Source of the DNA: Collinsella sp.
Lineage (GTDB): Bacteria; Actinomycetota; Coriobacteriia; Coriobacteriales; Coriobacteriaceae
Reading direction: 5' to 3'
Length of the DNA: 64,000 bases
NCBI GenBank assembly: GCA_048205395.1
Contig: DBEWUK010000050.1
Coordinates: 748-64,747, forward strand
This document shows, in pieces, positions 1 through 5,752 of this stretch. The notes under the pieces were generated by a model. It was not told the DNA's origin and ran no database searches. It saw only the letters and a program-made list of their open reading frames with translations. The position numbers and the translations under genes are program-made. The number at the start of each line of letters is the position of its first letter. The first letter of the stretch is position 1.

Positions 1-201
1 GCTTCCTCATACGGTCCTTTCGCGGGAGAAGCAGGTAAGGCGCGCCTGTCCCTCTCCTGATAGGAGCAGGCACTGCGCACGCACACAGGAAGCTCGTCAG
101 CATGTGTGGCCCATATGGTCTCGTAACTCTGCCCCCGCCTAAACAAAGGGACCGCAATCGCGACCATGGCGGCGAGCTCGTCAGCGGTGAGACATAACCC
201 T

Positions 202-717
202 TCACGGGCCGCGGACAGGCGGGTGCGATAGGCAGCGTCGTAGCGACACTTGGGGTAACCGCACCCACTCCTGTTCCGACAGCCGAGATGACAGGCGTAG
301 GGCCATACCTCTGTGACGAGACAAACTGCGATAGAGCGTACGCGCGCGCAGCGTCTCGAAGGAGTGGCCACGCCCCATCATGTTAGTCTCGTTGATGAGG
401 CGGTTCGCGCATTCCGTGTAACCGTTCGAGATGCGGCTCGGACAATCCCGGTAGTTAAATATGAACTCGCGGTGGTTCTCCACGGCCTTCGCAAGCCCCC
501 GGAAGGGATCGTAGGCCTTGTCATCGGGGATGGATGCCTTCCACGCATCGAATGCATCCTCGGCATCCTCCCGCGAGAGCGGGTGCTCGTCGTAGATGTC
601 GAAGAAGTCCTCTTTGAGGTCGTATGCGGTCATGAGGCTCGAGCAGCCCGCCTCCGATCGAAGCTGGCACAATGCCGATGCCTCGTAGGGGCCGAGGTCC
701 CGGGCGCGCTTCCTCAA
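202..717 (-). pseudogene. ISL3-family transposase, C-terminal fragment
   Basis: 171-aa ORF. The block FIFNYRDCPSRISNGYTECANRLINETNMMGRGHSFETLRARTLY resembles the conserved C-terminal NGxxEGxNxxIKxxxRxxxGxxxFxxxRxR block of ISL3 DDE transposases. The N-terminal two thirds of such a transposase are absent, and the frame abuts an IS3 remnant. Confidence 0.5.
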
Positions 718-783
718 GGCGTAAGCCAGCGACCGCGGCGGCCACTACCGGTGGCAGGGCCGGATCGGCTATGCGCCGCCCAG

Positions 784-1020
784 GACCTCGCGCGCTCGAT
801 GTCGAGAAAGGGGTGCTCACCCGACAATTCAAGGACGGAGGGCTTCGGCAGGCTGAAGGTGGAGCTCTTCTACGGAAGGGGCTGGGACGATGTTGGCATG
901 AGGGAATTCATGAAGATGCTGTACGCCTATCTGGTCTGGTATCGCGACAAGCGCTGCAAGAGCGACCTGGGCTATATGAGCCCGATGCAGTACCGAAGAA
1001 GCCTAGGTCTTGTAGCGTAG
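784..1020 (+). pseudogene. IS3-family transposase (OrfB integrase core), C-terminal fragment
   Basis: Tail of ORF 313..1020: SRKGCSPDNSRTEGFGRLKVELFYGRGW...YLVWYRDKRCKSDLGYMSPMQYR. This is the classic IS3 OrfB end (SRxGxxxDNxxxExFFxxLKxE ... YNxxRxxxxLGYxSPxxY). The upstream part of the ORF is only antisense to the ISL3 stub. Confidence 0.6.
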
Positions 1021-1082
1021 GAACACGGTCCAGGATTTCCACCGCGCTCCCAATTGACCGATTTCCCATGAACGGTAACAGG

Positions 1083-1163
1083 AGGCAGAGGCCGACGCGC
1101 TGACCTACCTGGACTTCCCCTACGAGCGCCACGCGAGGCTGCGCACCGACAACGTTCAGTAGC
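1083..1163 (+). pseudogene. IS256-family transposase, short internal remnant (~26 codons)
   Basis: Hand translation gives EAEADALTYLDFPYERHARLRTDNVQ-stop. It resembles the xxFPxEHxxxxRTTNxxE block of IS256/mutator-type transposases. It is very short, so this is a weak call. Confidence 0.3.
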
Positions 1164-1166
1164 GCG

Positions 1167-1508
1167 TCAACCTTGAGCCATAGCACAGGCCCTTGAGAGG
1201 TTCACGAGCTCCCCCGCGATGCGGCAGATCCTCGGCTGCCCCTCAAAGAGAACGCAGAAGATACGGTCGAGGTCGACCGCGTCGACCAAACCGTAGTGAC
1301 AGTCCGCATGCAGCGTACAGGCCCTTTCGCGCGGGTCGCCATCCGAGCCCTCGTCCGGTTTATGATGGCGCACCTCGACCCAGAGGCCCTCCGACACGTC
1401 GTCGAACTTGAAATCGAGCTCTACCTGAACGCTTTCACCGAATACGTCGCCCAGAGCGAACTCCGGCACCTTCGTCACAAGCCCGTCCATCCACTCAATC
1501 TCGATCAT
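1167..1508 (-). CDS. hypothetical small acidic protein (113 aa)
   Basis: ORF 1167..1562. The best start is ATG 1508, preceded by GGAGGAGG. The protein MIEIEWMDGLVTKVPEFALGDVF... has no family I recognise. Confidence 0.4.
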   Translation of the reverse strand: MIEIEWMDGLVTKVPEFALGDVFGESVQVELDFKFDDVSEGLWVEVRHHKPDEGSDGDPRERACTLHADCHYGLVDAVDLDRIFCVLFEGQPRICRIAGELVNLSRACAMAQG

Positions 1509-2017
1509 CGCGCGCACGTCGCAACCTCCTCCGGTAGGAGGCCGGCACCTTAAGCCGGCCATTATCCATACGGACAGAATGCGACAGCAGGGTGAAGCTC
1601 ATTCGCACATCAGGGCGACGACCCCTCGCCTACCCCATGCATCGGAACCCCATGTTTCCGCAATCTGATCCGTCGGGCGATTCCCTGCTGGGACAACACG
1701 AAACTGGTCATCCTACGCATTAGACCAAGCGAAACCCGTTTTATCCCGAGAAGCCCTCCCCTAGATACCCATTAGCGATAAGGAACGCCGACAGGGACTC
1801 CACAGCGTCTTCGTCGCAAATCCGACAACGCCCCTCCCTATCGCACATGGAATCCAAGCCAGCTTCGGGGTCGCCGCAGAACTCATCCAGAGGGGTTATC
1901 CGAACGATCGACGACGGGGCACCCCGCCGCCAGCAGGCAGGGAGGCGATAACCTCGCGGGCACCCCGCACGCAGACCCCGAGCGCCTGGTAAACCAGATT
2001 ATTGAATACGGACTCCT

Positions 2018-2692
2018 TCAAACCGCCGCCCTGCAAAAACCCATCCCATCGTCCGGCTGGAGTCGACACAGATCGAGCTCCTTCAAAGTCGCGGTGAACT
2101 CGACAACATATGGGCGCGCGGCGTCCTTCCATCTCCAAACCGCCTCGTTCCCATGCCCGACGACCTCTTCCAGAGCCCATATGGCCTCGGGATACCGCGA
2201 AAGCGTGGAGTACTCCCGGATGCACGACTTGTGGATGAAGGAGTTCACGAGGGAGTCTTCCGCCAGAATGTACAGAAGTCCATCTATCGGCTCCGAGGAC
2301 TCCCGTCCGAGGAAGGCATCATCGACCAGGTCCAGGCTGAGCCTTCTCCCGTCGACAGACACGGTTCGGCTCGCCTTGTCGAAATGAACCCCGCAGCCCT
2401 CGAAAAGACGCGTAAGCGCACTAGGACGCGAGAGCACGTCCCCGATTCCGAGAATCCCGCTCTCGCGAATGGACGCGCAGCCATCCGTGTTGGCCGTGAC
2501 GTGCCTGAGGTGCAGCAGCAGGTCGTCGGGGGCGAGGGACTCCCCCAGCCTCTCCCGGACATCGGCGTACGTCCCAACCTCGTCGCTGCGAAAACGCAGC
2601 TGCATATCTCCGAACTCGCACCCATCGATGCGCAGGGCGTCGAACAAGAACCTCTTCACCCCGTCAATGGTAAAGATGCCGAAATCGATCAC
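2018..2692 (-). CDS. hypothetical protein (224 aa), possibly 3'-decayed
   Basis: ORF track entry with no recognisable motifs. Its start overlaps the end of the PglX-like fragment. Protein-like reading continues past its stop in two other frames down to ~1741 (see findings). Confidence 0.4.
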   Translation of the reverse strand: MIDFGIFTIDGVKRFLFDALRIDGCEFGDMQLRFRSDEVGTYADVRERLGESLAPDDLLLHLRHVTANTDGCASIRESGILGIGDVLSRPSALTRLFEGCGVHFDKASRTVSVDGRRLSLDLVDDAFLGRESSEPIDGLLYILAEDSLVNSFIHKSCIREYSTLSRYPEAIWALEEVVGHGNEAVWRWKDAARPYVVEFTATLKELDLCRLQPDDGMGFCRAAV

Positions 2693-3215
2693 GCTTATCC
2701 CTCAGTCCGATCGCAATCATTTGTTCTGCTAAATGGTGAATCTTCTCCCCAAAGGTTATAGTCTCAGCGAGCTGATCGTTGAGCTTCTTGATCTGCTTGT
2801 TCAACTTTACGCGTTGCGAGATATCAACTTGTGCCACGGCTTCCTCTAGGTGAGCGAGCTGCGTGCGGTACCGTTCTTGCTGTTCATGGACATAATTAGT
2901 GCGTACGCGGACCAGCAGGTCTGGCTGGTAGCGATGCATGTAAATAAGGCACTTGAAGCCGTTTTTCTTACCGAAATCAAGCATCCAGTAGATGGGGCGC
3001 TTCTGGTAGGTTGAGCAGTGATCCTTGTAGAAATCTTTGAGGAAGTAGTTGCGAATAATCTCACGCGGCGTGCACTTACCGTCCAGGGCATCAGACACAA
3101 AACGGAGATTCTCTTCCAGAGCATCCTCAGCACACACGTCGCGCACGAAGTCCACGAAGCGGCCGATCGCGTCGAAAATGTTGGTGTAAGGGTGACGCCC
3201 CAGCGGCCGCTTAAC
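2664..3215 (-). pseudogene. BREX PglX-like / type IIG N6-adenine DNA methyltransferase, C-terminal fragment
   Basis: ...FLKDFYKDHCSTYQKRPIYWMLDFGKKNGFKCLIYMHRYQPDLLVRVRTNYVHEQQ... matches the hallmark C-terminal block of PglX (YKKRPIYWxF...G.FxALIYMHRY.PDT). There is no methyltransferase N-terminal domain: homology stops about 70 nt before an IS256 stub at 3286. The composition is AT-richer than the backbone. Confidence 0.6.
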
Positions 3216-3285
3216 GAAGAGCGGCCCTCGTCCTAGAATCTGAAATCACCACAACAACAGGTTCTAGGAAAGGACGAGGACCGCT

Positions 3286-3468
3286 ATGGAAATCTTATCA
3301 GACCCGACGCCGGACATGCTCGCCATGCCCCGTTTCGACGACGGCGCCATCGACATGCAGGAGCTGCTCAGGCGCCTCGCCGAGCAGGTCGTGAACGCGG
3401 TGATGGACGCCGAGGCCGACCAGCTGTGCGGGGGCGGCATCAGAGCGGGCGAGCCAAATAAATACTAA
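3286..3468 (+). pseudogene. IS256-family transposase, N-terminal ~50-codon stub
   Basis: 60-aa ORF. ...LLRRLAEQVVNAVMDAEADQLCGGG... matches the N-terminal LLxxxxxxLMxAExDxxCGA block of IS256 transposases. It is truncated exactly where the protease gene ends. Confidence 0.55.
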
Positions 3469-4283
3469 TTTCCAGAAACGCTCAAGCGTTCCCTCACGAT
3501 GGGATCGAAGTCCCTCAGACGCTCGGATTTGATGACGATGCCGAGATTCAACATGTCCTGAACGCTCACGTGGGCAATCGTGGATACGGTGATGTCTCCG
3601 AGAAGAGTTCTGATGGGCACAGCCCGAAGGATGCCAAGTAGATAGAGCCTCTTGCCCATGACCACAGCATCGTTCTCCAAATAAGTACCCTCGTTGTAGA
3701 GAAAGACCGGGGAACCGCTCGATCCCGGGTAGCACGCCATGTCAACCAGGAACTCTTTCTGCCCCTGATAGTCGTACCTATAGGGCGTCGCCGTGATACC
3801 CCGACGGACGATCGGCAGGTTGTTGGCCTCATCCCAAATGCCGTTGGGGTATCCGACCATGGTCACCTCGTCCATACAGCCCATGTCTTGAATCTGCTTA
3901 TCCGTCGGCAGAAGCTCCAAGCTGAGCGGTATGGTAAGCAGATGCTTCCCCGCCCGGATAAAACCATTCAGTGCGGGACCGATGGGTAAGACGCACAGGT
4001 CAACACTTTCGTCAGGGTGTGCGATCCAGTCGCTCTCGGAGCCCCGCATGGTAAGTTGCTCGTTTATATTGAGCAGGTTTCCGTTCTCGTCAGATCTCGA
4101 AAAGATGACGCGATACTCGTACGCGCCCTCGACCACGTGCCTGTTGGTCACGATTGCCGGCACATAGGTCTTTCCGTCGTCGCAGAACTTGAAAAAGAAA
4201 CCCGTTCCAACTGAGCAACCTCCCGAGGCCAACGAAGCTTCGATGCGAATCGTCGTGTGCAGAAGCTGCTCAGATAGCTGCAT
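3465..4283 (-). CDS. trypsin-fold (S1, Trypsin_2-like) serine protease, no signal peptide
   Basis: 272 aa. The catalytic triad is in canonical order: His in IVTNRHVVEG, Asp in ESVDLCVLP, Ser in YPGSSGSPVFL. The protease fold starts within the first ~15 residues, with no signal peptide or TM segment. The ATG is preceded by AAAGGAAA. Confidence 0.8.
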   Translation of the reverse strand: MQLSEQLLHTTIRIEASLASGGCSVGTGFFFKFCDDGKTYVPAIVTNRHVVEGAYEYRVIFSRSDENGNLLNINEQLTMRGSESDWIAHPDESVDLCVLPIGPALNGFIRAGKHLLTIPLSLELLPTDKQIQDMGCMDEVTMVGYPNGIWDEANNLPIVRRGITATPYRYDYQGQKEFLVDMACYPGSSGSPVFLYNEGTYLENDAVVMGKRLYLLGILRAVPIRTLLGDITVSTIAHVSVQDMLNLGIVIKSERLRDFDPIVRERLSVSGN

Positions 4284-4438
4284 GGGTTTCCTTTCATTTG
4301 GACAAATAGTATATCGATTGCACCCTGAGATGCCCTTCCGTAATCAATCAGTATTGCCGCTTTGGGCACGTCCTCGCGCGGGGGGGGCGCGAGCCAAGTC
4401 GAAAAAGGCAGTTAACCGGCGGCTATTCATGCCTTGAT

Positions 4439-5557
4439 TTAGAACCGCTCGAGAATCTCCGCGGCATTCTCTCGCAGATAGATATCTAGGTCCGGCACGG
4501 CAAACTGCACGTAGCCCCTCTGTGGAGCCTGAATAACCTCTCTTTGTAGCAGCTTAGCCCTAATAGAGCTGACCTCATTGGTCTTTTTACCCATACGTTT
4601 AGCAATCTCAGATGATTTGGACTGCTGCTTATCCTCGCACATGGCCAAAAGATATTTGATATCGTTGAGTCCAAGTCCAGAAATCGCGGGCTCGTGAACA
4701 ACATCGTGAAAACGAGCCTCTGCCAGCGCAATGCCTTCGATAACATCGCGCTCGCTCACGTTGGCACTTTTGACACGATGCAAGTTGGCGCGCTGCCAAA
4801 TGGAGTAACCGACCAGTTGCACCAAATAGGCATAGCCCTTCGTGGCCTTAGCGGCTCTCGACAGCAGATCGTCCTCTATGGTCAAACCAGTCGCTATAAA
4901 GCTATCGCCCATAGAGAGCGCTACCTCCACCTGGTTGATAGGCGCCAGATCTTCGGGGAGGGCACGACGCAAGAATGTAAGTGCCTTGCCGTTAATAAGA
5001 TCCATAACACCAGCGGGCAATCCGGCAAATGCGAGAGCAATATCGACTTTCTCCCCTATTAGAAGCTGCACAGCAGAAGCAATAGCGCGCATATCGTCAA
5101 TCGGGGCATCCTGCACCTCATCTATTGCAATAAACAGGCCCTTGGAAGACTTTGCGGCCGAGCCAAGCAACTTTCTAAGACTCGACTCTTTTGGCACAAC
5201 GTCGAATTTAGCGGAAACAAAGCCGGCATTTACGCCGACTGAAGCATTGGTCGCAAGGGAGGATTCTGCAATCTGATCCTTCAGGTCCAGCAATAGGTTG
5301 GGACCAGCAGAAACAATAGCCGTCTTCCAGCCAAGCTCTCGTGCACGATCTCTAAGATCACAGAGCAAAACAGTTTTTCCGGAACCCCTTGGCCCGGCAA
5401 CGCGCATGAGCCTCGCAGGTGCACCAATTCCCGAATTCAAACTCTCGGTAAACTCAAGGGCAATATCATCACGACCAATTATGCGCGGAGGCTCAGCGCC
5501 GGCAGTGGGACGAAACGGGTTATGGAATATTGTGGCGCTCACTTGTTTGCCTCTCAA
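4439..5557 (-). CDS. AAA/ORC-Cdc6-like (Arch_ATPase-like) NTPase with C-terminal winged-helix
   Basis: 372 aa. It has an N-terminal NPFRP...PPRIIGRDD motif, Walker A GPRGSGKT, Walker B LFIAIDEVQD, and a C-terminal wHTH-like segment SSEIAKRMGKKTNEVSSIRAKLLQREVI. The track start is TTG 5557. GTG 5542, with GAGAGG upstream, is an alternative. Confidence 0.75.
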   Translation of the reverse strand: MRGKQVSATIFHNPFRPTAGAEPPRIIGRDDIALEFTESLNSGIGAPARLMRVAGPRGSGKTVLLCDLRDRARELGWKTAIVSAGPNLLLDLKDQIAESSLATNASVGVNAGFVSAKFDVVPKESSLRKLLGSAAKSSKGLFIAIDEVQDAPIDDMRAIASAVQLLIGEKVDIALAFAGLPAGVMDLINGKALTFLRRALPEDLAPINQVEVALSMGDSFIATGLTIEDDLLSRAAKATKGYAYLVQLVGYSIWQRANLHRVKSANVSERDVIEGIALAEARFHDVVHEPAISGLGLNDIKYLLAMCEDKQQSKSSEIAKRMGKKTNEVSSIRAKLLQREVIQAPQRGYVQFAVPDLDIYLRENAAEILERF

Positions 5558-5560
5558 GGA

Positions 5561-5668
5561 AATCGATTATCGGTCAATCTTAGCTTTATTAGTTTATCGC
5601 AACTATATCGGATTATATCGAGTTGTATAAGCCTGTACAAACTTATCGTAGAAGTATCGAGCCATCGT
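5561..5668. promoter_or_regulatory. AT-rich promoter/operator region with six TATCG repeats upstream of the ATPase gene
   Basis: TATCG occurs at 5568, 5595, 5606, 5616, 5644 and 5655, plus two further ATCG(A/T). All lie directly upstream of the ATPase start. Confidence 0.35.
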
Positions 5669-5752
5669 AATGTAAACTAACAAATAGCCTAAACGCTGCC
5701 TTCTTCCCAACTCATGGCGAAGTCAAGCTGAGGGCCTTCTAACAACCATTGT

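Noticed and set aside
1896-2225. 109-aa minus-strand ORF as an independent gene
   Set aside because: It overlaps the 224-aa ORF out of frame over most of its length. Only its last ~15 codons look protein-like, which is better explained as part of a frameshifted continuation (see finding at 1741..2692).
1083-3468. The two IS256 pieces as one IS256 split by an insertion
   Set aside because: For a plus-strand element the N-terminal piece (3286) should lie left of the C-terminal piece (1083). The order is reversed, so they are independent remnants or products of rearrangement.
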